A stretch of DNA of 40,822 bases from an uncultured Selenomonadales bacterium (GTDB lineage: Bacteria > Bacillota > Negativicutes > Selenomonadales > Selenomonadaceae), in assembly GCA_947165185.1 (NCBI GenBank), contig CAMUZL010000001.1, positions 1 to 40,822 of the forward strand, written 5' to 3'. Of the stretch, positions 1 to 8,500 are shown piece by piece. Both the position numbers and the translations under genes were made by a program. The notes beneath the pieces are model-generated. The model did no database searches. It was not told the origin of the DNA and was given only the letters and a program-made list of their open reading frames with translations. Each line of letters starts with the position of its first letter. Positions within the stretch are counted from its first letter, which is position 1.

Positions 1-96
1 TTGGCGATTTTCGGCGCGGCGGCTCAAGGCGTCACGCTTGACGACGAAACTTGCGTTGATATTTCCTACCCGAACTTTTTCGAGGAGCTGAGCTGA
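1..96 (+). CDS. aroA: C-terminal end of an upstream gene, probably 3-phosphoshikimate 1-carboxyvinyltransferase (partial; 5' end outside the window)
   Basis: Frame 1 reads LAIFGAAAQGVTLDDETCVDISYPNFFEELS then TGA at 94-96, abutting the cmk ATG at 97. The SYPNFFEEL tail resembles AroA C-termini, and aroA-cmk adjacency is common. Only 31 aa are visible. Confidence 0.4.
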   Translation: MAIFGAAAQGVTLDDETCVDISYPNFFEELS

Positions 97-753
97 ATGA
101 AAAAAATTATTGCGGTCGACGGCCCCGCAGGCGCGGGCAAAAGCACCGTCAGCAAAATCGTCGCGAAAAAACTTTCCTACACCTACATTGACACGGGCGC
201 AATGTATCGCGCTGTCGGCTTGAAAGTTTTGACTCGCGGCGGAAATTTCGACGAAAATTTTATTGTCGACACGGCGCGGGACATTGACATAAAACTTGAC
301 GCGGCGGGAAAAATTTTTCTTGACGGCGCGAACGTTACGCAAAAAATTCGCACGCCCGAAGTCAGCAAGGCGGCTTCCGACGTGGCGAAAGTCGGATTCG
401 TGCGAAAAAAATTAACTGAACTGCAACGCGAAATGGCGGCTCTCGGTTCGGTCGTCATGGACGGGCGCGACATCGGCACGCAGGTTTTGCCCAACGCCGA
501 TTTGAAAATTTTTTTGACGGCTTCCGTCGACGAACGTGCGCGGCGTCGTTTCGAGGAACTCAAAGCCAAAGGTCACGCGGCGGAATTCGACACGATTCGC
601 GAAGAAATTATTTTGCGTGACAAGCAAGATTCGCAACGGGAAATTGCGCCGCTCAAACAAGCTGAAGACGCGATACTTTTGGACACGACAAATTTATCGA
701 TTGATGAAGTCGTCGCGAAAATTTTGGAGCTTGCCGGCAACGTGACGTGTTAG
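97..753 (+). CDS. cmk: cytidylate kinase
   Basis: 218 aa. P-loop at the N-terminus (IAVDGPAGAGKST). YIDTGAMYRA and GRDIGT motifs are typical of Cmk. Ends at TAG 751-753. Confidence 0.93.
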   Translation: MKKIIAVDGPAGAGKSTVSKIVAKKLSYTYIDTGAMYRAVGLKVLTRGGNFDENFIVDTARDIDIKLDAAGKIFLDGANVTQKIRTPEVSKAASDVAKVGFVRKKLTELQREMAALGSVVMDGRDIGTQVLPNADLKIFLTASVDERARRRFEELKAKGHAAEFDTIREEIILRDKQDSQREIAPLKQAEDAILLDTTNLSIDEVVAKILELAGNVTC

Positions 754-767
754 CTTTTAGCTTTTAG
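751..767. repeat. heptanucleotide tandem repeat (TAGCTTT) x2.4, starting at the cmk stop codon
   Basis: The sequence reads tagcttt tagcttt tag. TAG recurs at 751, 758 and 765, i.e. in all three frames, and is followed by TGA 769-771 and TAA 772-774. Confidence 0.8.
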
Positions 768-820
768 GTGATAAGTTATCGCCGCGTTCGGACGTTGCGA
801 AAATCTTCGGAGGTCGCTTG

Positions 821-1420
821 ATGTTTTACAAATTCTTCAAGACGCTGTGTCGCCTGTGGTTCGGGAAAATTTTGCACACGGACGTTATCGGCGCAGAAAA
901 TATTCCCGCAGACGGCGCGTTTATTTTGGCGGCGAATCACGTCAGCAATTTCGACCCGCCGTTTCTCGGCACGTTCATTGACCGCGAAGTTTGTTACATG
1001 GGCAAGGAAGAACTTTTTAAAAATCCCGTCATGGCGTGGATTTGCCGACATCTGCACGTTTTCCCCGTCAAGCGCGGAGCCGCCGATAAAACTGCAATTA
1101 AAACTGCCGTGAAAATTTTGCGCGACGGAAAATGTTTAGGCATCTTCCCCGAAGGCACGCGCTCGAAAACCGGCAAGCTCGGCAAAGCCGAATCGGGCGT
1201 CAGTTTAATCGCGGCAATGACCAAAGCGACGATTATTCCCGCCGCTATCGTCAACACGGAGAAAATTTTTTCCGCCGAAAAGAAATTTCCGCGTCTGGCA
1301 GTCGTTTACGGCAAGCCGATGAAATTTTCCGGCTCAACCAAAGACAAAGACGCGTTGGCGAATTTCGCGCAAGAAATCATGACTGAAATTGCCAAGCTTA
1401 AAAAGCAATGCGAAATTTGA
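821..1420 (+). CDS. plsC: 1-acyl-sn-glycerol-3-phosphate acyltransferase
   Basis: Acyltransferase HX4D motif (NHVSNFDPP) and FPEGTRS motif. GGAGG at 809-813 favours the ATG at 821 over the TTG at 818. Confidence 0.88.
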   Translation: MFYKFFKTLCRLWFGKILHTDVIGAENIPADGAFILAANHVSNFDPPFLGTFIDREVCYMGKEELFKNPVMAWICRHLHVFPVKRGAADKTAIKTAVKILRDGKCLGIFPEGTRSKTGKLGKAESGVSLIAAMTKATIIPAAIVNTEKIFSAEKKFPRLAVVYGKPMKFSGSTKDKDALANFAQEIMTEIAKLKKQCEI

Positions 1421-1439
1421 GGCCGTCACGGATGACGGC
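1419..1439 (+). repeat. 21-nt GC-rich hairpin repeat (gaggccgtcacggatgacggc), copy 1
   Basis: An identical 21-mer recurs at 29118-29138. Both copies sit just downstream of a plus-strand stop codon: copy 1 overlaps the plsC TGA, copy 2 lies 24 nt after the kinase TAA. Stem ggccgtca/tgacggcc with loop cgga. No U-tract follows. Confidence 0.7.
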
Positions 1440-1524
1440 TTCCGCCCGCAATTGAAACAGGATGTTTCACTTGCGGACACATGCGGCACGCGTTGCGCAC
1501 AATTCCGAACAGCGAACGAGTAAC

Positions 1525-1553
1525 GCCCTCCGCGCAGGAGGGTCTTTTCTTTT
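1525..1553 (+). terminator. rho-independent terminator downstream of plsC
   Basis: Stem ccctcc/ggaggg (1526-1531 / 1537-1542), loop gcgca, followed by tcttttctttt. Confidence 0.7.
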
Positions 1554-1573
1554 GGTTACTTTTCTTTGCTTGC

Positions 1574-1787
1574 TTGAATGTACAATCTAAGTGCAACCGA
1601 AGCCCCGTGAACTCAAGCACAACGCCGAAGAATATTTGCCGAGCAAAGCGCAAGCCGCCTATTGCAAACGACGGAAAAAATGTCGCCCGTACAAACTGCT
1701 TGAACAGCCCGATTTATTCGCCCTCGTGAAAAAAATTTTTCTCGAACATATTTTTCCGCTAGGTTGCACTTCGCTTGATTATTCAAG
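1574..1787. repeat. 26-nt imperfect inverted repeats flanking a 163-bp non-coding segment
   Basis: Left arm cttgaatgtacaatctaagtgcaacc (1574-1598). Right arm ggttgcacttcgcttgattattcaag (1762-1787). 21 of 26 positions are complementary, including perfect 10-nt inner and 7-nt outer blocks. Confidence 0.6.
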
Positions 1788-1824
1788 ATTGGGATTTGTT
1801 TCGGCGAGCTGTAATTCCACATTC

Positions 1825-1856
1825 AAAAAAAAATCCCGCCGCTTTCGACGACGAGA
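1825..1856 (-). terminator. rho-independent terminator of RTX paralog A
   Basis: The minus strand reads tcgtcg aaag cggcgg (G-U containing stem) followed by a U-run of 9 (plus-strand A-run 1825-1833). Confidence 0.6.
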
Positions 1857-1909
1857 GATTTTGTTGCAGAAAAATATTTCGTCCGGAAAAATTTTCTCCA
1901 CGCAGATTT

Positions 1910-4900
1910 TTATTTTCGCTTCAGTGTTGAGCCGCTGATTGAGTAATCGAATCCGTTGATCTTGAATGTTGTCGCCGTAAAATCTTTCAGCGTCAAAGCG
2001 TTGGCAGTTGAGCCGACCTTGAACGCAAGTTCTTTCTTTGAGCTGTTGTAGCTTGCAGAAAATGCGCCCGTTATCAAAAGCATGTCGGAGTTTTCAAAGC
2101 CGTAGATAACGTCTTTGCCTTCGCCTTCAAAATAAAGGAAAGTGTCCGCGCCTTTGTTGCCCCACAACGAATCGTTGCCGGAGCCGCCGTAGATGGTATC
2201 CGCGCCCGTGCCGCCGACGATCGAATTCGCCGCAGTGTTGCCCGTGATTTTAATCGCCTTCGTGCGCAAGGAAGCGTCAGCGGTTTTGATATCCGAATCG
2301 AGCGTTACGGGGGACGCGCTGGAATTGTCGAGCGTCAACACGTCCGACGAGCCGCCGCTGATAATCGTCGTGAAAATGTCGCCATACGAATCAACCAGTC
2401 GCAAAGTTTTATCTGCGCCATCTTTGACGGTCAAAGTATTTCGTCCGACGACAAATACAACGTCCGAGCCTTTGACGGAGGATTTTGAAATTGCCGCGCC
2501 GAGAGAAATTTTGTCGCCCGTCGTGTAATCGGCGATAACGTCGTTGCCTGCCTCGTAGATGAAAACGTCATTGCCCGCGCCGCCCGTGAGTGTGTCGTTA
2601 CCCGAACCGCCGTTGAGACTGTCCGCGCCCGCGTCGCCGAAAAGTTTATCGTTGCCGTTGCCGCCGAACAATTTATCGTTGCCGGAGCCGCCGTAGATGG
2701 TATCCGCGCCCGTGCCGCCGACGATCGAATTCGCCGCAGTGTTGCCCGTGATTTTAATCGCCTTCGTGCGCAAGGAAGCGTCAGCGGTTTTGATATCCGA
2801 ATCGAGCGTTACGGGGGACGCGCTGGAATTGTCGAGCGTCAACACGTCCGACGAGCCGCCGCCGATTATTGTCGTGAAACTGTCGCCGTACGAATCAATC
2901 AAGTTCAAAGTTTTGCCTTTGCCGTCTTTGATTGTCAAAGTATTTCGTCCGACGGTGAAGACAACGTCCGAGCCTTTGACGGAGGATTTTGAAATTGCCG
3001 CGCCGAGAGAAATTTTGTCGCCCGTCGTGTAATCGGTGATAACGTCGTTGCCCGCCTCGTAAATGAAAACGTCATTGCCGTTGCCGCCCGTGAGCGTGTC
3101 ATTGCCGCTGCCGCCGTTGAGCGTGTCGTTGCCCGCGTCGCCGAACAATTTATCGTTTCCGTTGCCGCCGTAAAGTGAATCATTGCCCGCCCCGCCGTAG
3201 AGCGTATCAGCCGCCGTGCCGCCGATGATTGTGTTCGCCGCAGTGTTGCCCGTGATTTTAATCGCCTTCGTGCGTGAGGAAGCGTCAGCGATTTTGACGC
3301 CCGAATCGAGCGTGACGGGGGACGCGCTGGAATTGTCGAGCGTCAACGCGTCCGACGAACCGCCGCCGCTACTGCCGATAATCGTCGTGGAACTTTTACC
3401 CGCAGAATCAATCAACTTTAAAGTTTTGCCTTTGCCGTCTTTGACGGTCAAAGTATTTCGTCCGACGACAAATACAACGTCCGAGCCTTTGACGGAGGAT
3501 TTTGAAATTGCCGCGCCGAGAGAAATTTTGTCGCCCGTCGTGTAATCGGTGATAACGTCGTTGCCCGCCTCGTAAATGAAAACGTCATTGCCGTTGCCGC
3601 CCGTGAGCGTGTCATTGCCGCTGCCGCCGTTGAGCGTGTCGTTGCCCGCGTCGCCGAACAATTTATCGTTTCCGTTGCCGCCGTAAAGTGAATCATTGCC
3701 CGCCCCGCCGTAGAGCGTATCAGCCGCCGTGCCGCCGATGATTGTGTTCGCCGCAGTGTTGCCCGTGATTTTAATCGCCTTCGTGCGTGAGGAAGCGTCA
3801 GCGATTTTGACGCCCGAATCGAGCGTGACGGGGGACGCGCTGGAATTGTCGAGCGTCAATTCGTCCGACGAGCCGCCGCCGATTATTGTCGTGAAACTGT
3901 CGCCGTACGAATCAATCAAGTTCAAAGTTTTATCCGCGCCATCTTTGACGGTCAAAGTATTTCGTCCGACGATAAAGACCACGTCCGAGCCTTTGACGGA
4001 GGAATTTGAAATATCCGCGCCGAGAGAAATTTTGTCGCCCGACGCGTAATCGGTGATAACGTCGTTGCCCGCCTCGTAGATGAAAACGTCATTGCCGCCG
4101 CCGCCCGTGAGTGTGTCGTTGCCCGTGCTGCCGTTGAGCGTGTCCGCGCCCGAACCGCCTTTGAGTGAATTTGCCGATTCGTTGCCGGTGATGTTGACGC
4201 CCGTCTTAAGCGCGGAAGCGTCGACGGTTTTGACAAGCGGGTCGAAATCCGCAAGATCAATGTCCGTGCCCGTGAATGCAGTCGACGCCGTCAAAATTGA
4301 GCGCGAAGAATTGTAGCTCAAGCCTTCCGGTAACTCGTCGTCGGGTGTGCCGTCCGAATAATTTTTCGCGAAGTAACGAAACACGGCGTAATTGTAAGCT
4401 AAACCGTAATAAAAATGAGCGTAATCAGTAGTAGAAGAATCGTCGTAGCCGCCGACAATTTGCCACAGACCCATGGGAATGTCAGACGGCAATTTTTCGG
4501 GGTAATACAAATTCGCATCCAAGGCCATTTCGGTGAACGCCTGCAAGAAAAGCCTGTCGAGATAATTTGTATACTGGTAGTAGTTGTTGCTGAACCGGGA
4601 GTAGAGACTGTTGGCATAATAACTGTTGACGTCGCCGTTTTTGTCGGTATCCGCAAGCGTATAAAGTTTACTGGCGTCAATATTCAGCGTTAAAGCCGAG
4701 ACACGTCCCACGTCATAGGAAGTGTCCAAACGCATGAGATTACTATACCCAGATGAATCATAAAAACCACCGTTCACAAATTTTATGTCGATTTCGTTGA
4801 CGCTTGCCCGCCCGTCCGTGAAGTTAATTCCGAGCGATTCATTGATGAGATCGAGAGCTTCAGGCAACCACCAGTTGTAAAGATTTTTCACGACGAGCTT

Positions 4901-5323
4901 TTGTTTCGCCAAGTAATTTTCGCCGTCGTAACCGAAATTTTCGCCCGGGGAATTATTCGTGACGTATTGGATATTAACGGTGAGTCCGTTTTTCGTGAAG
5001 GAATTGTATTCGTCGTCGGTGAGTTCTTTGGCGGCGGCGGTTTCGGGAATGATTGTGTCGACGGTTTTGGTTGTCTTGCCGCCCGCGTCCGAGCCGGTGA
5101 TCGCGCCGGTGTCTTTGTTGTTGAGCCGAACGCCGCATTTTTGCTCAAGAAAATCTTGTTGCGAGAGATCGCTTTTCGCGCCTTCAAATTCTCTGAGGAA
5201 AGCGGAATAGCCTCCGCTTATGCCGAAATTTTTTAAAGCTTCGTCGACGGCTTCAGTGCCGGTTTTCGTCGTCTTCGTCAAGGAATCGACAAGTTTTTTA
5301 ATGATGCCGACCGGCGTAGACAT
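1910..5323 (-). CDS. RTX/beta-roll repeat protein, paralog A (1137 aa): N-terminal degenerate gluzincin-like domain plus 5 RTX modules and the family C-terminal module
   Basis: Canonical nonapeptides GGxGxDxUx (LYGGAGNDSLYGGNGNDKLFGDAGNDTLNGGSGNDTLTGGNGND). GGAG at 5333-5336 fits the ATG at 5323 (9-nt spacing) better than the ATG at 5332. No signal peptide. Confidence 0.9.
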   Translation of the reverse strand: MSTPVGIIKKLVDSLTKTTKTGTEAVDEALKNFGISGGYSAFLREFEGAKSDLSQQDFLEQKCGVRLNNKDTGAITGSDAGGKTTKTVDTIIPETAAAKELTDDEYNSFTKNGLTVNIQYVTNNSPGENFGYDGENYLAKQKLVVKNLYNWWLPEALDLINESLGINFTDGRASVNEIDIKFVNGGFYDSSGYSNLMRLDTSYDVGRVSALTLNIDASKLYTLADTDKNGDVNSYYANSLYSRFSNNYYQYTNYLDRLFLQAFTEMALDANLYYPEKLPSDIPMGLWQIVGGYDDSSTTDYAHFYYGLAYNYAVFRYFAKNYSDGTPDDELPEGLSYNSSRSILTASTAFTGTDIDLADFDPLVKTVDASALKTGVNITGNESANSLKGGSGADTLNGSTGNDTLTGGGGNDVFIYEAGNDVITDYASGDKISLGADISNSSVKGSDVVFIVGRNTLTVKDGADKTLNLIDSYGDSFTTIIGGGSSDELTLDNSSASPVTLDSGVKIADASSRTKAIKITGNTAANTIIGGTAADTLYGGAGNDSLYGGNGNDKLFGDAGNDTLNGGSGNDTLTGGNGNDVFIYEAGNDVITDYTTGDKISLGAAISKSSVKGSDVVFVVGRNTLTVKDGKGKTLKLIDSAGKSSTTIIGSSGGGSSDALTLDNSSASPVTLDSGVKIADASSRTKAIKITGNTAANTIIGGTAADTLYGGAGNDSLYGGNGNDKLFGDAGNDTLNGGSGNDTLTGGNGNDVFIYEAGNDVITDYTTGDKISLGAAISKSSVKGSDVVFTVGRNTLTIKDGKGKTLNLIDSYGDSFTTIIGGGSSDVLTLDNSSASPVTLDSDIKTADASLRTKAIKITGNTAANSIVGGTGADTIYGGSGNDKLFGGNGNDKLFGDAGADSLNGGSGNDTLTGGAGNDVFIYEAGNDVIADYTTGDKISLGAAISKSSVKGSDVVFVVGRNTLTVKDGADKTLRLVDSYGDIFTTIISGGSSDVLTLDNSSASPVTLDSDIKTADASLRTKAIKITGNTAANSIVGGTGADTIYGGSGNDSLWGNKGADTFLYFEGEGKDVIYGFENSDMLLITGAFSASYNSSKKELAFKVGSTANALTLKDFTATTFKINGFDYSISGSTLKRK
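2170..4240 (-). repeat. in-frame tandem repeats, period 504-519 bp, about 5 copies (RTX module plus spacer domain)
   Basis: 2171-2358 is identical to 2675-2862 (188 bp, offset 504). 2961-3346 is identical to 3474-3859 (386 bp, offset 513). Confidence 0.9.
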
Positions 5324-5479
5324 AAAAACCATCTCCTTTCAAAATAAACAAACCAAAATCAAGAGTGTAACCTTGCTATAAATCTAATTTATTCGTTGGA
5401 ATTTTTCAAGTGATTAAACTGTGACAAATAGTATCATTTTTTCTGACGGCACTGTCGGCTATTGCCTCGCAAGGTTTGC

Positions 5480-5509
5480 AAAAAAAATCCCGCCGAGTTT
5501 TCGACGGGA
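5480..5509 (-). terminator. rho-independent terminator of RTX paralog B
   Basis: The minus strand reads tcccgtcg aaaact cggcggga followed by U8 (plus-strand A-run 5480-5487). Confidence 0.75.
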
Positions 5510-5530
5510 AATGAATTTTAAATTTCGCGC

Positions 5531-8500
5531 TCAACTTTTTACGAGTTTGGTGCCGCTGATTTTGTAATCGTCGCCGTTGATATTGAAAGTTGTCGCCGTG
5601 AAATCGCGTAAAGTAATCGCGCTTGCCGTCGACCCGACTTTAAACGCAATTTGATTCTTTGACTTGTTGTAACTCGCCGAGAACGCGCCGGTAATTTCGA
5701 GCATGTCGGTATCGTCGAATCCGAAGATGACATCTTTGCCGTCGCCGCTTGAGTAGATGAAGGTGTCCGCGCCCGCGTCGCCCCAGAGTGAATCGTTGCC
5801 CGCGCCGCCCCAGAGCGAATCGCTGCCTGCGCCGCCGTAGAGTAAATCGTTGCCGACTTCGCCGAAAAGTTTATCGTTGCCGTTGCCGCCGCGAAGTGTA
5901 TCGGCACCTTTGCCGCCGTAAAGCGAATCATTTTTCGAGCCGCCGACGATTGAGTTTGCCAAATCGTTGCCGGTAATTTGAATTGCCTTCGTGCGTTTGG
6001 AGGCGTCCGCAGTTTTGTACGACGAGCCGAGCGTAACTTTCGCGCTTGAAGAATCGCTGTAAGTGAAAACGTCGCCGCCGAAAATCGTCGAAGACTCTTT
6101 ACCTGCAGAATCAATCAGATTGAGCGTCTTACCCTTGCCGTTTTTGACGGTGAGCGAGCCGCTGCCGATTGTGAAGACAACGTCGGAGCCTTTGACGGAG
6201 GATTTAGAAATCGCCGCGCCGAGAGAAATTTTATCGCCCGTCGCGTAATCTGCAATGACATCTTTGCCCGCGCTGTAGATGAAAATGTCATCACCGTCGC
6301 CGCCCGTGAGCGTGTCGTTACCCGTGCCGCCCGAAAGTAAATCGTTGCCGACTTCGCCGAAAAGTTTATCATTGCCGCTACCGCCGCGAAGTGTGTCGGC
6401 ACCTTTGCCGCCGTAAAGCGAATCATTTTTCGAGCCGCCGACGATTGAGTTTGCCAAATCGTTGCCGGTAATTTGAATTGCCTTAGTGCGTTTTGAGGCG
6501 TCCGCAGTTTTGTATGACGAGCCGAGCGTAACTTTCGCGCTTGAAGAATTGCTGTAAGTGAAAACGTCATTGCCGAAAATTGTCGAAGATTCTTTGCCCG
6601 CCGAATCAATCAAGTTGAGCGTTTTACCTTTGCCGTTTTTGACGGTGAGCGAACCGCTTCCGATTGTAAAGATAACGTCGGCGCCTTTAACGGAGGATTT
6701 TGAAATTGCCGCGCCGAGAGAAATTTTGTCGCCCGTCGCATAATCCAAAATGACATCCTTGCCCGCGCTGTAGATGAAAATGTCATCACCGTCGCCGCCC
6801 GTGAGCGTGTCGTTACCCGTGCCGCCCGAAAGTAAATCGTTGCCGACTTCGCCGAAAAGTTTATCATTGCCGCTACCGCCGCGAAGTGTGTCGGCACCTT
6901 TGCCGCCGTAAAGCGAATCATTTTTCGAGCCGCCGACGATTGAGTTTGCCAAATCGTTGCCGGTAATTTGAATTGCCTTAGTGCGTTTTGAGGCGTCCGC
7001 AGTTTTGTATGACGAGCCGAGCGTAACTTTCGCGCTTGAAGAATTGCTGTAAGTGAAAACGTCATTGCCGAAAATTGTCGAAGATTCTTTGCCCGCCGAA
7101 TCAATCAAGTTGAGCGTTTTACCTTTGCCGTTTTTGACGGTGAGCGAACCGCTTCCGATTGTGAAGACAACGTCGGAGCCTTTGACGGAGGATTTAGAAA
7201 TCGCCGCGCCGAGAGAAATTTTGTCGCCCGTCGCATAATCGGCGATAACATCTTTGCCCGCGCTGTAAATGAAAACGTCGTTGCCATCACCGCCCGTCAA
7301 AGTGTCATTACCTGCACCGCCCCAGAGGAAATCGTTGCCGACTTCGCCGTAAAGTTTGTCATTGCCCGCGTTGCCGAGAATTGAGTCGTTACCTTTGCCG
7401 CCGTAAAGCGAATCATTTTTCGAACCGCCGACGATTGAGTTTGCCAAAGCGTTGCCCGTGATTTTGACTGCTTTCGTGCGTTTGGAGGCGTCGACAGTTT
7501 CAACAGCCGAGCCGATTGTTACGGGCGAAGAAGTTTTGTCGGTGACGGTTAATTTTGTCGGATCTGTCTGCTTGCCGATTACGTTGACAGACGACAAACT
7601 CGCCGCGCCTTGCAAAGTTATCTTACCCGTGCCGACCGTGACGATAACGTCGTTGCCGCTCTTCGTCGAAGAATAATCGCTACCCGAAATTGACAACGTT
7701 GACGTAGCGTTAAAGCCTTCGATAATGTCATTGCCGTTGCCGCTTGAATATTGGAAGATAACTTTGTTGCCGCGATTTTTGATTGTGTCGTTGCCCGCGC
7801 CGCCGATTATTTTTGAGTTGTCGCCGTTGTAATTGCTGTCGTTGGAGGCATAAAAATAGTTCCCCGACTCATGGTAGCGATAGCCGTTGTAAATCAAATC
7901 GTCGTTGTCGCCGCCGTCGAGCACGGAGTTGGAGCCGTGGCTTGTGATTGTGTCGTTGCCGTTGCCGCCCGTGACGGAAAAATTCTTGCCGCCGCGTTCG
8001 CTTTCAAAATAGCCGCCGTTGACGATTATGTCATTGTTATCGCCGCCGTCAACCGAAACCGAATTGCCGTAGTTGTAGACAGAATCATTGTCAGAGCCCG
8101 CGCTTATTAAAACGCTGTTGCCGCGATTTGTAATTTTATCATTGCCTCTGCCGCCGATTATTGTCGAGTTGTCGCCGTTGTAATTGCTGTCGTTGGAATC
8201 GTAAAAATAATTTCCCGATGCGTAGTAGCGATAGCCGTTGTAAATCAAATCGTCGTTGTCGCCGCCGTCGAGCACGGAGTTGGAGCCGTGGCTTGTGATT
8301 GTGTCGTTGCCGTTGCCGCCCGTGACGGAAAAATTCTTGCCGCCGCGTTCGCTTTCAAAATAGCCGCCGTTGACGATTATGTCATTGTTATCGCCGCCGT
8401 CAACCGAAACCGAATTGCCGTAGTTGTAGACAGAATCATTGTCAGAGCCCGCGCTTATTAAAACGCTGTTGCCGCGATTTGTAATTTTATCATTGCCTCT

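Noticed and set aside
1591-1938. 115-aa plus-strand ORF in the plsC / paralog A intergenic region.
   Set aside because: It has no RBS, it crosses the inverted-repeat region and the minus-strand terminator, and its basic low-complexity translation is uninformative.
2193-4049. Series of 106-111 aa plus-strand ORFs recurring every ~510 bp (and similar series at 6063-7238 and 12244-13788).
   Set aside because: They are antisense shadow ORFs of the repeat-rich minus-strand RTX genes. They have no RBS, their periodicity simply mirrors the coding repeats, and the translations are low-complexity (P/S/V-rich).
5324-5332. Longer N-terminal extensions given by the ORF track for paralogs A (5332), B (11032) and C (16748).
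   Set aside because: The Shine-Dalgarno sequences sit between the upstream and downstream candidate starts: GGAG at 5333-5336, AGGAAG at 11003-11008, and GGAGGTG before 16715. The internal starts at 5323, 10993 and 16715 were therefore preferred.
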